From Polaribacter sp. (GTDB taxonomy: Bacteria; Bacteroidota; Bacteroidia; Flavobacteriales; Flavobacteriaceae): a DNA stretch of 64,000 nt. This document shows positions 47,105 through 58,012 of the stretch, piece after piece (position 1 is the first letter of the stretch; every line of letters starts with the position of its first letter). Where the stretch lies: NCBI GenBank assembly GCA_039768135.1, contig JBDNBB010000010.1, positions 2,342-66,341 of the forward strand, written 5' to 3'. Below the pieces are notes generated by a model. It saw only the letters and a list, made by a program, of their open reading frames with translations, was not told the DNA's origin and did not search any database. Made by a program: the position numbers and the translations under genes.

Positions 47105-47524
47105 ATGAGAACTTCAGTAAAATTAATTTCTAATCAATTGGATTTACAAGAATGTTATCGTTTTGTAGAAGACCCTATTTGTGGAGGTATTTCAGTTTTT
47201 GTAGGCACAGTTAGAAATGATACACAAGGAAAAGAAGTGAGGCAATTAGATTTTTCTAGCTATAAACCAATGGCGATCAAAGAAATGCAAAAAATCGCAG
47301 ATGCTGCTCTAGTAAAATATGATATCTATAAAATAGCGATTCATCACGCAGAGGGTTTGTTAAAAGTTAGTGAGGTTCCTGTTATTATTGCTGTTTCTTC
47401 TAAGCATAGAAAAGCTGCTATATTAGCTTGTGAATTTGCTATAGACACTTTAAAAGAAAAGGTTCCTATTTGGAAAAAAGAGTATTTTTCTGACGGGGAA
47501 ATTTGGGTAAATGCGCACCCATAA
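47105..47524 (+). CDS. moaE: Molybdopterin synthase catalytic subunit
   Basis: FVGTVRN, HRKAA and LKEKVPIWKKE motifs. Confidence 0.93.
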   Translation: MRTSVKLISNQLDLQECYRFVEDPICGGISVFVGTVRNDTQGKEVRQLDFSSYKPMAIKEMQKIADAALVKYDIYKIAIHHAEGLLKVSEVPVIIAVSSKHRKAAILACEFAIDTLKEKVPIWKKEYFSDGEIWVNAHP

Positions 47525-47604
47525 TTTTAGATTTACTATCCTTGCTCTTATTAGACTAATTAATAACAGGTCTTATAGTTTAGAGTCTTTAATGAGACAA
47601 AATC

Positions 47605-48624
47605 TTATATTTTAGTAACTTTTCTACTCTGTAGCCATAAATAAAATTGCATTCCAAAGAGGAGTGCTCCTGACATTAAGTGTATTGCTTGTGTGCCAAT
47701 CGGAATTTCCGCATAATACATTAAAATACCAGTAATTGCTTCTAAAAATATTAAAAAAACAATCCAATTTATCAGTTTATATCCAAGCTTTTTAATTTGG
47801 TTAAGGTAGAACAAGCCGAAGTTTACAAGAACAATAGCGATCGTAAAAGATCTATGAAAATAAAACTTTAAATTAGGGTTCATTAAGCTATGATTTTTAT
47901 TTTCAAAACCAAAAAGCTTAACCTGCTCGTCTATAAATTGTCGTACTTGAGTTCCCATTGCAATCTGAATCAATGAAAATACTACAGAAATAATTAAGAG
48001 TTTGTTAAATAGGGAGTTGTAAGGATATGTTTTTTTAGAAGATATGATGAATTTTAAATTCAAGAGTAGTGCAATGATAATTAATCCAACTACCATATGT
48101 ACAGTTATAATTGCAGGGGTTAAATTTGTGTCTACAACAGTTTTTCCTAACCAAGCTTCAAATAGCATTAAAAAGAATGCGCCAAAAGAAAGAAGTGTTA
48201 TTTTTTTGTTTTCTTTCCAGTACTTTAATGATCCATAGATTAAAAAAAGAAAAACAAAACCTGCTAATACTGATACTAGTCTATTAATATACTCTGTCCA
48301 TGTGTGGTATTTGTTAAAAACGGTGTAATCATGTTTGGTATATTTTGTCCAGTTTTTTAAATCAAACTCTTTGGTGGTTTTAAGATCTTCTGCTGCAACA
48401 AATAAAACTTCATTTTTTATAATGATAAAACCCTTTTTGTAAGTTGTGTTTGGTTTCCATGTAATTTCTTCTTCAGAAGTAGGAGGTATATAATAACCAA
48501 AGCATTTTGGCCAGTCTGGGCAACCCATTCCTGAACCTGTCATCCTAACAATAGAGCCAGCTAAAAATATTAAGTACAAAGAAATAACAGCAATTTGTAC
48601 GATTTTTGGAAACCTTTTTTTCAT
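47605..48624 (-). CDS. ctaA: Heme A synthase (COX15/CtaA)
   Basis: RMTGSGMGCPDWPKC and WTEYINR motifs; conserved His in TM segments. Confidence 0.9.
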   Translation of the reverse strand: MKKRFPKIVQIAVISLYLIFLAGSIVRMTGSGMGCPDWPKCFGYYIPPTSEEEITWKPNTTYKKGFIIIKNEVLFVAAEDLKTTKEFDLKNWTKYTKHDYTVFNKYHTWTEYINRLVSVLAGFVFLFLIYGSLKYWKENKKITLLSFGAFFLMLFEAWLGKTVVDTNLTPAIITVHMVVGLIIIALLLNLKFIISSKKTYPYNSLFNKLLIISVVFSLIQIAMGTQVRQFIDEQVKLFGFENKNHSLMNPNLKFYFHRSFTIAIVLVNFGLFYLNQIKKLGYKLINWIVFLIFLEAITGILMYYAEIPIGTQAIHLMSGALLFGMQFYLWLQSRKVTKI

Positions 48625-48661
48625 TAAATTTTAATTATCACTACAAAAATAAGCTAAAAAA

Positions 48662-48689
48662 AAGTCGCTTAAAAAAAATTAAGCGACTT
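48662..48689 (-). terminator. Intrinsic terminator after the cold-shock gene
   Basis: AAGTCGCTTAA...TTAAGCGACTT with an A run on the left. Confidence 0.75.
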
Positions 48690-48721
48690 GTTGTTATGTA
48701 AAAAAATTCTAAATAATATAA

Positions 48722-48913
48722 TTAGATTACTCTAACGTCTACTGCGTTTAAACCTTTTCTACCTTCCTTCAGGTCAAATTCTACTGCATCACCTTCTCTG
48801 ATTTCGTCAATTAATCCTGATACGTGTACAAAATACTCTGTTTTTGAACCGTCTTCAATTACAAATCCAAATCCCTTAGACTCGTTGAAGAATTTTACTG
48901 TTCCGTTTTTCAC
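48722..48913 (-). CDS. Cold-shock protein
   Basis: GTVKFFN, KGFGFV and FVHVS motifs; GTG start. Confidence 0.95.
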   Translation of the reverse strand: MKNGTVKFFNESKGFGFVIEDGSKTEYFVHVSGLIDEIREGDAVEFDLKEGRKGLNAVDVRVI

Positions 48914-49311
48914 TTTGATATATAATAAATGTTAATAATATTACAAATATACTACTTAAAAAGCTATCATTTTAACTTTCTACTAATGAATCATTTTGTT
49001 TAACCCTCATTGTTTTTTTTGAATCACTTATTTTTTTTTAAAACAAAAAAATAAAAAGTTTTTAAAAAAGAATTTAAGAATGTCAATGAGATTAGGCTTT
49101 AAGCGATTTTTTAGTTTATAAAACATTGATATTCAACAATATAAAATATAAGTTAAAAAGTTTAATTTTTCGATTTTTTCTCATTTTGTTAAAAACTTCA
49201 TAGCATTTGTGAATAAGTAGGTCTTTCATTTTGGAACAAAAATTTCAATATTTGTAGAGGTCGTTTTTAACGATTAATTAATATTCAATAACGCTCAAAA
49301 TAAACAAACCC

Positions 49312-50283
49312 ATGTCTAAACAAGAACCAATCCTTCAACCAAATGATAGTCGCTTTGTAATTTTCCCCATACAGCATAATGATTTATGGGAATGGTATAA
49401 AAAACAACAAGCTTGTTTTTGGACTGCAGAGGAAATTGACTTGCACTCAGATTTAGTAGATTGGACTACTAAGTTAACAGATGATGAGCGTTATTTTATA
49501 AAGCATATTTTAGCATTTTTTGCAGCCTCTGATGGGATTGTAAATGAAAATCTTGCCGAAAATTTTGTAAATGAAGTGCAATACTCTGAAGCAAAATTTT
49601 TCTACGGTTTTCAAATCATGATGGAAAATATCCATTCAGAAACGTATTCATTATTAATAGATACTTATGTTAAAGATGAAGTTGAAAAAGATAGGTTATT
49701 CAGAGCAATTGAAGTTTTTCCTGCTATTAAGAAAAAAGCAGATTGGGCTTTAAAATGGATTGAATCTGATTCTTTTGCAGAGCGTTTAATTGCTTTTGCA
49801 GCAGTAGAAGGTATTTTCTTTTCAGGAGCTTTCTGTTCTATTTTCTGGCTAAAGAAAAGAGGCCTATTGCCAGGTTTGACTTTTTCTAACGAATTAATTT
49901 CTAGAGATGAAGGTATGCATTGTGATTTTGCAGTTCATTTACATAACAATCATATTGTAAATAGAGTACCTAAAGAAAGAATTAAAGAGATTATCGTTGA
50001 TGCTTTAGATATTGAAAGAGAATTTGTAACAGAGTCATTACCAGTAAGTTTAATTGGTATGAACTCAAAGTTAATGACACAATACTTAGAATTTGTAACA
50101 GATAGATTATTGTTAGAATTTGGTTGTGAAAAAGTATATGATGTTACAAATCCGTTCGATTTTATGGAAATGATTTCTTTAGAAGGAAAAACAAACTTCT
50201 TCGAAAAAAGAGTTTCAGAATACCAAAAAGCAGGTGTTAAATCTGGTGGAACTGGAAGCATAAGTTTCGATTCAGATTTTTAA
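49312..50283 (+). CDS. nrdB: Ribonucleoside-diphosphate reductase class Ia beta subunit
   Basis: [25 protein letters not shown] and RDEGMH motifs. Confidence 0.96.
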   Translation: MSKQEPILQPNDSRFVIFPIQHNDLWEWYKKQQACFWTAEEIDLHSDLVDWTTKLTDDERYFIKHILAFFAASDGIVNENLAENFVNEVQYSEAKFFYGFQIMMENIHSETYSLLIDTYVKDEVEKDRLFRAIEVFPAIKKKADWALKWIESDSFAERLIAFAAVEGIFFSGAFCSIFWLKKRGLLPGLTFSNELISRDEGMHCDFAVHLHNNHIVNRVPKERIKEIIVDALDIEREFVTESLPVSLIGMNSKLMTQYLEFVTDRLLLEFGCEKVYDVTNPFDFMEMISLEGKTNFFEKRVSEYQKAGVKSGGTGSISFDSDF

Positions 50284-50406
50284 TAATAGAAATTATAATT
50301 TTTTTAAGTAATAGTTGCCCAATCTTCATTGGGTAACATAAAAGCCCCCAAATGTGGATGATTTGTTGGCTCAATAAATAAGCAATAAACTAAACAAACA
50401 AACCAA

Positions 50407-52806
50407 ATGTACGTACTAAAAAGAGATGGCAAAAAAGAGCCAGTGATGTTCGACAAAATCACTGCCCGAGTTAAGAAAATGTGTTACGGATTAAACAAAA
50501 TTGTTGATCCAGTAAAAGTAGCCATGCGCGTTATTGAAGGTTTGTATGATGGTGTTACTACACCTGAACTAGATAATTTGGCTGCAGAAACAGCGGCAAC
50601 TATGACTACTGCTCATCCAGATTATGCAAAACTAGCAGCAAGAATTGCGGTTTCTAACCTACATAAAAATACAAAAAAATCATTCTCAGAAACGATGGAT
50701 GATTTATATTTCTATGTAAATCCACGTACAGGAAAAAAGGCACCTCTGTTAGCAGATGATGTATATGAAATAATAAAGGAAAATGCAGAAAAGCTAGATT
50801 CTACTATCATCTATAATAGAGATTTTAATTACGATTACTTTGGTTTTAAAACTTTAGAACGTTCATATTTATTAAAGCTGAATGGTCAAATTGCAGAGCG
50901 TCCACAACATATGTTAATGCGTGTTTCTATTGGTATTCATAAAAATGATATTGATGAAGCTATTGCAACTTATGAGTTAATGAGTAAAAAATATTTTACG
51001 CATGCAACTCCAACTCTATTTAATTCAGGTACACCAAAGCCACAAATGTCTTCTTGTTTCTTATTGCAAATGCAAGATGATAGTATAGAAGGTATTTACG
51101 ATACGCTTAAGCAAACTGCAAAGATTTCTCAATCTGCAGGAGGTATAGGTTTGTCTTTGCACAATATTAGAGCTACAGGTTCTTATATAGCTGGTACAAA
51201 CGGTACTTCTAATGGTATTGTGCCAATGTTACGTGTTTTTAACGACACAGCACGTTATGTAGATCAAGGTGGAGGTAAGCGTAAAGGTTCTTTTGCAATG
51301 TATTTAGAGCCTTGGCATGCAGATATTTTCGACTTTTTAGATTTAAAGAAAAATCATGGTAAAGAAGAAATGCGTGCAAGAGATTTATTCTATGCAATGT
51401 GGATTTCTGATTTGTTCATGAAACGTGTACAAGAAGATGGTGAGTGGACATTAATGTGTCCTCATGAATGTCCTCATTTATATGATACGTATGGAGAAGA
51501 ATTTGAGCGTTTATATACAAGTTACGAAGCTGCTGGTAAAGGAAGAAAAACTATTAAAGCTCGTGAATTATGGGAGAAGATTTTAGAATCTCAAATTGAG
51601 ACTGGAACTCCTTACATGCTGTATAAAGATGCAGTAAACAGAAAAACAAATCAGAAAAATTTAGGTACAATTCGTTCATCAAACTTATGTACTGAAATTA
51701 TGGAGTACACTGCAAAAGATGAGGTTGCTGTATGTAACTTGGCTTCTATTGCATTGCCTATGTTTGTTTCTGAAAGAGAAAATGGAGAGAAATACTTTAA
51801 CCACAAAAAATTATTCGATGTTACTAAAAAAGTAACGCGTAATTTAGATACAGTGATCGATGCTAACTTTTACCCTGTAAAAGAAGCAGAAAATTCAAAT
51901 TTTAGACATAGACCAATAGGTTTGGGTATTCAAGGTTTAGCAGATGCGTTCATCAATCTAAGATTACCATTTACAAGTGAAGAAGCTAAAAAACTAAATC
52001 AAGATATTTTTGAAACCATGTATTTTGCAGCTGTAACTTCATCTATGGAAATTGCAAAAGCAAAAGAACCATATTCTACATTTAAAGGATCTCCAATGTC
52101 TGAAGGTGAATTTCAATTTAACATGTGGGGTGTAAATGATGATGAATTAAGTGGTAACTGGGATTGGGCTAAATTGCGTAAACAAGTTATGAAGCATGGA
52201 GTTAGAAACTCGTTGTTAGTAGCGCCAATGCCAACAGCATCTACTTCTCAAATTTTAGGAAATAATGAAGCTTTTGAGCCATACACTTCTAATATTTATA
52301 CAAGAAGAGTATTGTCTGGTGAGTTTATTGTAGTAAACAAACACTTATTAGAAGACCTAGTGGAATTAGGTTTGTGGGATAATGATATGAAAGAAAGCAT
52401 TATGCGTGCAAATGGTTCTATTCAACACATTGAAGAAATTCCTGCTGATTTACGTGAATTGTACAAAACAGTTTGGGAAATGAGTATGAAAGATGTTATT
52501 GATATGGCACGTCATAGAGGGTATTTTATCGATCAGTCTCAATCATTAAACTTATTCCTAAAAGATCCAGATTATGGAAAATTAACATCAATGCATTTCT
52601 ATGCTTGGAAATCTGGTTTAAAAACAGGGATGTATTATTTAAGAACAAAATCTGCAGTAAATGCAATTCAGTTTACAGTTTCTAAAGAAAAGAAAGCAGA
52701 AGTTATTGAAGAAGAAAAACCAATGACACCAGCAGAATTCAAAGCAATGGTAGATGCTTCTAAAGGAGCAGGACCAGATGATGATTGTTTAATGTGTGGT
52801 TCTTAA
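50407..52806 (+). CDS. nrdA: Ribonucleoside-diphosphate reductase class Ia alpha subunit
   Basis: ATP cone (VLKRDG), SSCFL, SNLCTE, MYYLR and C-terminal CLMC. Confidence 0.97.
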   Translation: MYVLKRDGKKEPVMFDKITARVKKMCYGLNKIVDPVKVAMRVIEGLYDGVTTPELDNLAAETAATMTTAHPDYAKLAARIAVSNLHKNTKKSFSETMDDLYFYVNPRTGKKAPLLADDVYEIIKENAEKLDSTIIYNRDFNYDYFGFKTLERSYLLKLNGQIAERPQHMLMRVSIGIHKNDIDEAIATYELMSKKYFTHATPTLFNSGTPKPQMSSCFLLQMQDDSIEGIYDTLKQTAKISQSAGGIGLSLHNIRATGSYIAGTNGTSNGIVPMLRVFNDTARYVDQGGGKRKGSFAMYLEPWHADIFDFLDLKKNHGKEEMRARDLFYAMWISDLFMKRVQEDGEWTLMCPHECPHLYDTYGEEFERLYTSYEAAGKGRKTIKARELWEKILESQIETGTPYMLYKDAVNRKTNQKNLGTIRSSNLCTEIMEYTAKDEVAVCNLASIALPMFVSERENGEKYFNHKKLFDVTKKVTRNLDTVIDANFYPVKEAENSNFRHRPIGLGIQGLADAFINLRLPFTSEEAKKLNQDIFETMYFAAVTSSMEIAKAKEPYSTFKGSPMSEGEFQFNMWGVNDDELSGNWDWAKLRKQVMKHGVRNSLLVAPMPTASTSQILGNNEAFEPYTSNIYTRRVLSGEFIVVNKHLLEDLVELGLWDNDMKESIMRANGSIQHIEEIPADLRELYKTVWEMSMKDVIDMARHRGYFIDQSQSLNLFLKDPDYGKLTSMHFYAWKSGLKTGMYYLRTKSAVNAIQFTVSKEKKAEVIEEEKPMTPAEFKAMVDASKGAGPDDDCLMCGS

Positions 52807-52828
52807 ACCAAATAAATTAAAAGTTGAT

Positions 52829-52858
52829 AAAAAGAGAGGTAGAAATGCCTCTCTTTTT
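52829..52858 (+). terminator. Intrinsic terminator after nrdA
   Basis: AAAAGAGAGGTA-gaaa-TGCCTCTCTTTT. Confidence 0.8.
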
Positions 52859-52930
52859 GTATTTTCGAAAATCTTAAAAATAGATACTGAACTATTAAAT
52901 CAAGTTCAGCTCAAGTAAATTCAGCATATT

Positions 52931-54265
52931 ATGAACTGGGAACAATTACTTTCTCTAAAACGTTTCGGTGATACTCAAAAAAGACCAAGAATTGCACAAG
53001 ATGAAACACGTTTAGGCTTTGAGGTAGATTTTGATAGAATCATATTTTCATCAGCTTTTAGAAGCTTACAAGACAAGACTCAGGTAATTCCATTATCAGA
53101 GACCGATTTTGTACACACAAGATTAACACACAGTTTAGAAGTATCTGTAGTTGGAAGAACTTTAGGTAGAAGAGTAGGTAAGGTGTTGTTAGAACGGCAT
53201 CCAAACTTAGTAGAACTTGGCTATACTTTCAATGACTTTGGAGCCATTGTTGCTGCAGCTTCTGTAACTCACGATATTGGAAATCCGCCTTTTGGTCATT
53301 CAGGAGAAAAAGCAATTGGCGAATATTTTAAAACTGGTAAAGGAGTAACCTATAAATCACAACTTTCAGATAAAGAATATCAGGATTTAGTAGATTTTGA
53401 AGGCAATGCAAACGGATTTAAAATTCTTACAGAATCTAGAGAAGGTATTTCTGGAGGCTTACGCTTGTGTTATGCAACTTTAGGAGCATTTTTAAAGTAT
53501 CCGAAGGAGAGCTTACCTAAAAAACCGACGGATCATATTGTAGATAAAAAATACGGATTCTTTCAATCTGATAAAGAGGCATTTTTAGACGTTGTTACAG
53601 AGTTAGGAATGAAACCTAAAAATGCAGAAGCCAATTCTTTTTACAGGCATCCACTAGCTTACTTGGTAGAAGCAGCAGATGATATTTGCTATACGATTAT
53701 CGATTTTGAAGATGGCATCAACCTAGGTTTAATTGATGAAGATTATGCTTTAGAATACATGTCTAAATTAATTCATGGTATCAACAGAGATAAATATTAT
53801 GCCTTGCAACATACCAAAGATAGAACAGCCTATTTAAGAGCAATTGCAATTAATGCGTTAATTGATGAAGCTGTAACTATCTTTTTAAAGAATGAAGAGG
53901 CCATTTTAAATGGTGATTTTAAAAATTCTTTGTTAGACAAGTGTAAGTATGAAGCACAAATTAACGACATAATTAAAATTAGTATAGATAAGATTTATAA
54001 AAGCAAAGAAGTTTTAGAAAAGGAAGTTGCGGGGTATAGGATTATAGGTGATTTGTTAGATGTTTTTATAACAGCAATCAATAATAATTTTGAGAACAAT
54101 AATAGCAATTATGATAACTTATTAGTAAATTTAATGCCTCAGGAATACGTTAGCCAATCTGTTAGTCAATATGATAGAATAATGGCAGTTTGTACTTACG
54201 TTTCTAGGATGTCTGATAGCTATGCAATAAGACTCCGAAGAAAAATATTTGGAAATATATTTTAA
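52931..54265 (+). CDS. dgt: dGTP triphosphohydrolase
   Basis: LQDKTQV, HTRLTHSLEV, HDIGNPPFGHSGE, FEGNAN and EAADDICY motifs. Confidence 0.95.
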   Translation: MNWEQLLSLKRFGDTQKRPRIAQDETRLGFEVDFDRIIFSSAFRSLQDKTQVIPLSETDFVHTRLTHSLEVSVVGRTLGRRVGKVLLERHPNLVELGYTFNDFGAIVAAASVTHDIGNPPFGHSGEKAIGEYFKTGKGVTYKSQLSDKEYQDLVDFEGNANGFKILTESREGISGGLRLCYATLGAFLKYPKESLPKKPTDHIVDKKYGFFQSDKEAFLDVVTELGMKPKNAEANSFYRHPLAYLVEAADDICYTIIDFEDGINLGLIDEDYALEYMSKLIHGINRDKYYALQHTKDRTAYLRAIAINALIDEAVTIFLKNEEAILNGDFKNSLLDKCKYEAQINDIIKISIDKIYKSKEVLEKEVAGYRIIGDLLDVFITAINNNFENNNSNYDNLLVNLMPQEYVSQSVSQYDRIMAVCTYVSRMSDSYAIRLRRKIFGNIF

Positions 54266-54274
54266 AATAAACAC

Positions 54275-57004
54275 ATGAAAAAAATCTACAATGTAATGCT
54301 TGTTGTTTTTACAATGAGCTTCGTTTTATCTTGTAACGTTAAAAACAATGATGAATCTAATTTACCCAAAAAAAAGAAGAAGACTTTAGCTGAGAAAGCT
54401 GAAGATACAGAAGCTAGATGGTTGCATGATTTTGATATGCAAAAAAATCCAACAACAGGAACAATTCCTCAATTAGAAAAAGACAAAGAATTAGCAACTG
54501 CTATTATAGAAAAGGAAAATAATTTTTCTGCAAGAGCTACCACTTATGATTTTATAAGTAGAGGTCCTTCTAATTTAGGAGGTAGAACAAGGTCAGTAAA
54601 AATTGATCTAAGTGATGTAACTGGTAATACAATGATTGCAGGTGGTGTTAGTAGTGGAGTTTTTAGGACTACAGATGGCGGAAGTTCTTGGACAAAAGTT
54701 TCTGGTTTAGATGCTATACACAATGTAACAGCAATAGCTCAAGATCCTAGAGATGGCCATCAAAATATTTGGTACTATGGGACAGGTGAATATAGAGGAA
54801 ATAGTGCTGGCTTACAAGAGAGTTACTTAGGAAACGGAATATGGAAATCTACGGATAGCGGTTTAACATGGCAGCAAATGGAAACTACGTCTAGTAATTT
54901 TGATTCATTTGACAGTTTTTTTGATATTATTATAGATTTAGAAGTACATCCTATAACAGGAGATTTGTTTGTTGGTACTGCAGGTAGAGTTTATAGATTT
55001 GGTGAGTCAGGTCCAGTTATAGAGTTACAATTAGGAGCTGAAGATAGAGGGTGGACAGATGTAGTTATTGCAAGTACTGGTAGAGTTTTTGCTTCTTTAG
55101 ATGGAGGAGGTACTTTTAATAGAGGTGTGTATACGTCTGCTACAGGAAATGGAACTTGGCTTCAAATAAATCCTACTTCTGCAGATTTTAGACCATCAAA
55201 TAGAATCACATTGGCTTTAGCGCCATCAAATGAAGATATATTATACATGCTCTATAATAACGGACAAATTAATAGAGAAGGTAATAGGGTTGCAGAAGCT
55301 GACTTGTGGCAATATAATTTTGCTACATCTACTTGGGTAAATTATAGCGATAAACTACCAGATGAAGACGGTGGTGGTAGCGATGGTAATGATCCATTCT
55401 CTATTCAAGGAGCTTATGATTTAGTGATTTCTGTAAAACCAGATGATGAAAACTTTGTAACAATTGGAGGTACTAATGTGTACAAGATAGAGAATATAAC
55501 CTCAGACCCTACTTTTAAAAGAATTGGTGGGTATGCAGGTGTAAATGGTTATGGTATTTATAAAGGAGGAGGAGAAGTAGAACATCATCCAGACATTCAT
55601 TCTTTAGTTTGGAGCAAAGATGGTACTACTTTCTTTACAGGTACAGATGGAGGTGTTCACAAAACAACAAATATTTCAAGTAATTTTGTGCAGTGGCAAA
55701 ATTTAAATAATGATTACTTAACCTATCAATATTACCACGTAAATATGGTAAATGAAGAAGGAAATGATTTTGTTATTGGAGGAGCACAAGATAATGGAAC
55801 TACAATTGGGGGTATAGATGCAGGAAATCCTGACAATTCTACTATGTCAGATTTATTTGGAGGAGATGGAGCAGCAGTTTCAGTCACTCCAAAAACAGGT
55901 TTTTTAGTATCAGGCTATATTACTTACGTAACAACTCAAAATGGGCGAATGTATAGAGGAAATGAAAACTCTATAACAGCAACAATTACCCCAACTACAG
56001 ATGCAGGAGAAGCTTACCCAAGTCAGTTTGTTACCTATTTTCATATGGATCCTGATAATCCAGATGTTATCTATTACGCAAGTAATGGAAGTTTGTTAAG
56101 AACTGATGATGCAGAGAATGTAACAAGTGGTGCATGGTCTTTAGTTGGCAGTACTCCTTTTTCAGAAAGAATTACGACGTTTGAGACAACAAGAGGTTCT
56201 TATGATACAGAAAATAGTTACTTGTTTATTGGTGGTAGAGGTGGTAATGTATTCAGGTTAAAAGATCCAATTAATGCAACAGATTTAACTTCTCTAGTAA
56301 AGATAACACCAAATGAAGTTCAAATTGATGCTACACAAATTAATAATGGCCAATACACCTCTGATATTGCTGTACACCCAACAAATCCAGATATTGTAAT
56401 GGTTACTTATGCAAGTTATGGAGATGATATTAGAAATATTTTTATTACCAATAATGCAACAGCTGCAACCCCAACTTGGACAGAGGTTGAACGCAATTTA
56501 GCTTCATTTTCAGTAAGAGCAGGAGCTATTGCTTTAGTAGATGAGCAAATTACATATTTTGTTGGTACAGCCAGAGGTTTGTTTAGTTCAACCGATCCAA
56601 CAAGTCAAGATTGGAATTTAGAAGGTGCAAATACTATGGGAATTCCAGTAGTTAGTGGTCTTGTATATAGGCCGTCAGATAATATTTTATTAATGGGTAC
56701 TCACGGTAATGGAATTTATCAAGCAGATCTTAATGCATCTTTGTCTGTTGCTGATAATTCAATAGATGCAATTACTTTAGCAATGTATCCAAATCCAACT
56801 CAACTTAAATTGCAGTTTGGTTCTAATGATATTCAACTCTCTAACGAAACAAAATTTGCTATTTATGATATTAGAGGTAAAGAAGTATTAAAAGGTGCTT
56901 TAGATCAAAAATCAATTGATGTATCTAGTTTGGATAAAGGTGTATACATTGTAAAATTAAATCAAGATAATAAGGCTATTTCTAGAAAATTTGTAAAAAA
57001 CTAA
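54275..57004 (+). CDS. BNR/Asp-box beta-propeller (VPS10/GH74-like fold) protein with T9SS type A CTD
   Basis: RGPSNLGGRTR, RTTDGGSSW and KSTDSGLTW Asp boxes, GGAQDNGT; CTD MYPNP...IYDIRG...GVYIVK..KFVKN. Confidence 0.85.
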   Translation: MKKIYNVMLVVFTMSFVLSCNVKNNDESNLPKKKKKTLAEKAEDTEARWLHDFDMQKNPTTGTIPQLEKDKELATAIIEKENNFSARATTYDFISRGPSNLGGRTRSVKIDLSDVTGNTMIAGGVSSGVFRTTDGGSSWTKVSGLDAIHNVTAIAQDPRDGHQNIWYYGTGEYRGNSAGLQESYLGNGIWKSTDSGLTWQQMETTSSNFDSFDSFFDIIIDLEVHPITGDLFVGTAGRVYRFGESGPVIELQLGAEDRGWTDVVIASTGRVFASLDGGGTFNRGVYTSATGNGTWLQINPTSADFRPSNRITLALAPSNEDILYMLYNNGQINREGNRVAEADLWQYNFATSTWVNYSDKLPDEDGGGSDGNDPFSIQGAYDLVISVKPDDENFVTIGGTNVYKIENITSDPTFKRIGGYAGVNGYGIYKGGGEVEHHPDIHSLVWSKDGTTFFTGTDGGVHKTTNISSNFVQWQNLNNDYLTYQYYHVNMVNEEGNDFVIGGAQDNGTTIGGIDAGNPDNSTMSDLFGGDGAAVSVTPKTGFLVSGYITYVTTQNGRMYRGNENSITATITPTTDAGEAYPSQFVTYFHMDPDNPDVIYYASNGSLLRTDDAENVTSGAWSLVGSTPFSERITTFETTRGSYDTENSYLFIGGRGGNVFRLKDPINATDLTSLVKITPNEVQIDATQINNGQYTSDIAVHPTNPDIVMVTYASYGDDIRNIFITNNATAATPTWTEVERNLASFSVRAGAIALVDEQITYFVGTARGLFSSTDPTSQDWNLEGANTMGIPVVSGLVYRPSDNILLMGTHGNGIYQADLNASLSVADNSIDAITLAMYPNPTQLKLQFGSNDIQLSNETKFAIYDIRGKEVLKGALDQKSIDVSSLDKGVYIVKLNQDNKAISRKFVKN

Positions 57005-57008
57005 AACT

Positions 57009-57431
57009 ATGAAAATCTTATTTTCTTGCTTTTTGGTTGTTTTTTTAATGGGGTGTAAGTCGCAAGATTTTAGCTTAGTAAAAGAAAACGAGTTACAATT
57101 AAATGAAGGTTTTTTTAAAGAAATTTCACCAGCAATTGCAGATGAGGATACTTATATTCAAGTAAATTTGAATTTCAATCAATTTGATACTGCTAAGATT
57201 AAGCTATTGGCTATTTATTTTAGAAATCAAATTATACCTTCTAAAGTTAATGAAGATACTTTTAGTATTTCTGGAAGTATCAATAAAGAATCAACTTTAG
57301 TTAAGTATATTGCGTTTCCTTTTGAATTAAAGACAAATGAAGTAGTACTTTCATATAAGAAGAAGAATAAAACTAATTATGCTAAATATACAATTGTTAG
57401 AAAAATTTCTATGGATGATATACCTCGATAA
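57009..57431 (+). CDS. Hypothetical lipoprotein
   Basis: Lipobox LMGC. Confidence 0.7.
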   Translation: MKILFSCFLVVFLMGCKSQDFSLVKENELQLNEGFFKEISPAIADEDTYIQVNLNFNQFDTAKIKLLAIYFRNQIIPSKVNEDTFSISGSINKESTLVKYIAFPFELKTNEVVLSYKKKNKTNYAKYTIVRKISMDDIPR

Positions 57432-57440
57432 AAATTAATA

Positions 57441-57486
57441 TATAAACAAAAAATGGAGGCTAATTAGCCTCCATTTTTTGTTTATA
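57441..57486. terminator. Perfect 46-bp palindrome (bidirectional-terminator-like)
   Basis: TATAAACAAAAAATGGAGGCTAATTAGCCTCCATTTTTTGTTTATA is its own reverse complement. Confidence 0.85.
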
Positions 57487-57607
57487 ACAACTCTACTTTA
57501 TAGTTGCGCTTGATGTTTTTAAAATCTTAAAAAATTAACATTTATCTTGATTTAGTTTTAAATATTTAGCTTTATTTTTACTAAAAATATCAAATTCGTA
57601 ACAAAAC

Positions 57608-58012
57608 ATGCTGAAAAGAGGAAGTTTGCTTCTTAAGTTGCTATTAATAATATGTTTTTTAACATCTTGTAAATGCAAGAAATTAACTACTGATTCAGAG
57701 CAAATTTTAGAGGCTACTAGTGACGATATGATTGTAGATAAGCATTACAATAACAATAAGACTTATTTGCTAATTACTATTTATAAGAACGATTTAACTT
57801 ATAGAAGAACTATTGATTATAAAGTGCTGAATACCCTAGATAAAAAAGTTGTAAAGTCAGGGAAGTTCGAAGGGACAAAATTGGAATGGCACTCAAATAA
57901 TCAGTTGATAGGATATCTTCATGTTGGTATTATAAAAAAAGAAAGTTTTGGTATTTTACCAGAAAACAACAAAGCTAATAAACAGAATAATATAATAATA
58001 GAAATCAAATAA
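57608..58012 (+). CDS. Hypothetical lipoprotein
   Basis: Lipobox LTSC; its stop abuts the next ATG. Confidence 0.7.
   Translation: MLKRGSLLLKLLLIICFLTSCKCKKLTTDSEQILEATSDDMIVDKHYNNNKTYLLITIYKNDLTYRRTIDYKVLNTLDKKVVKSGKFEGTKLEWHSNNQLIGYLHVGIIKKESFGILPENNKANKQNNIIIEIK

Noticed and set aside
48914-49311. NrdR boxes or a hidden gene upstream of nrdB
   Set aside because: No convincing NrdR palindrome or ORF; the region is AT-rich divergent promoter DNA
52931-54265. Anti-phage dGTPase
   Set aside because: It sits next to nrdBA in a dNTP-housekeeping context, with no defence genes nearby
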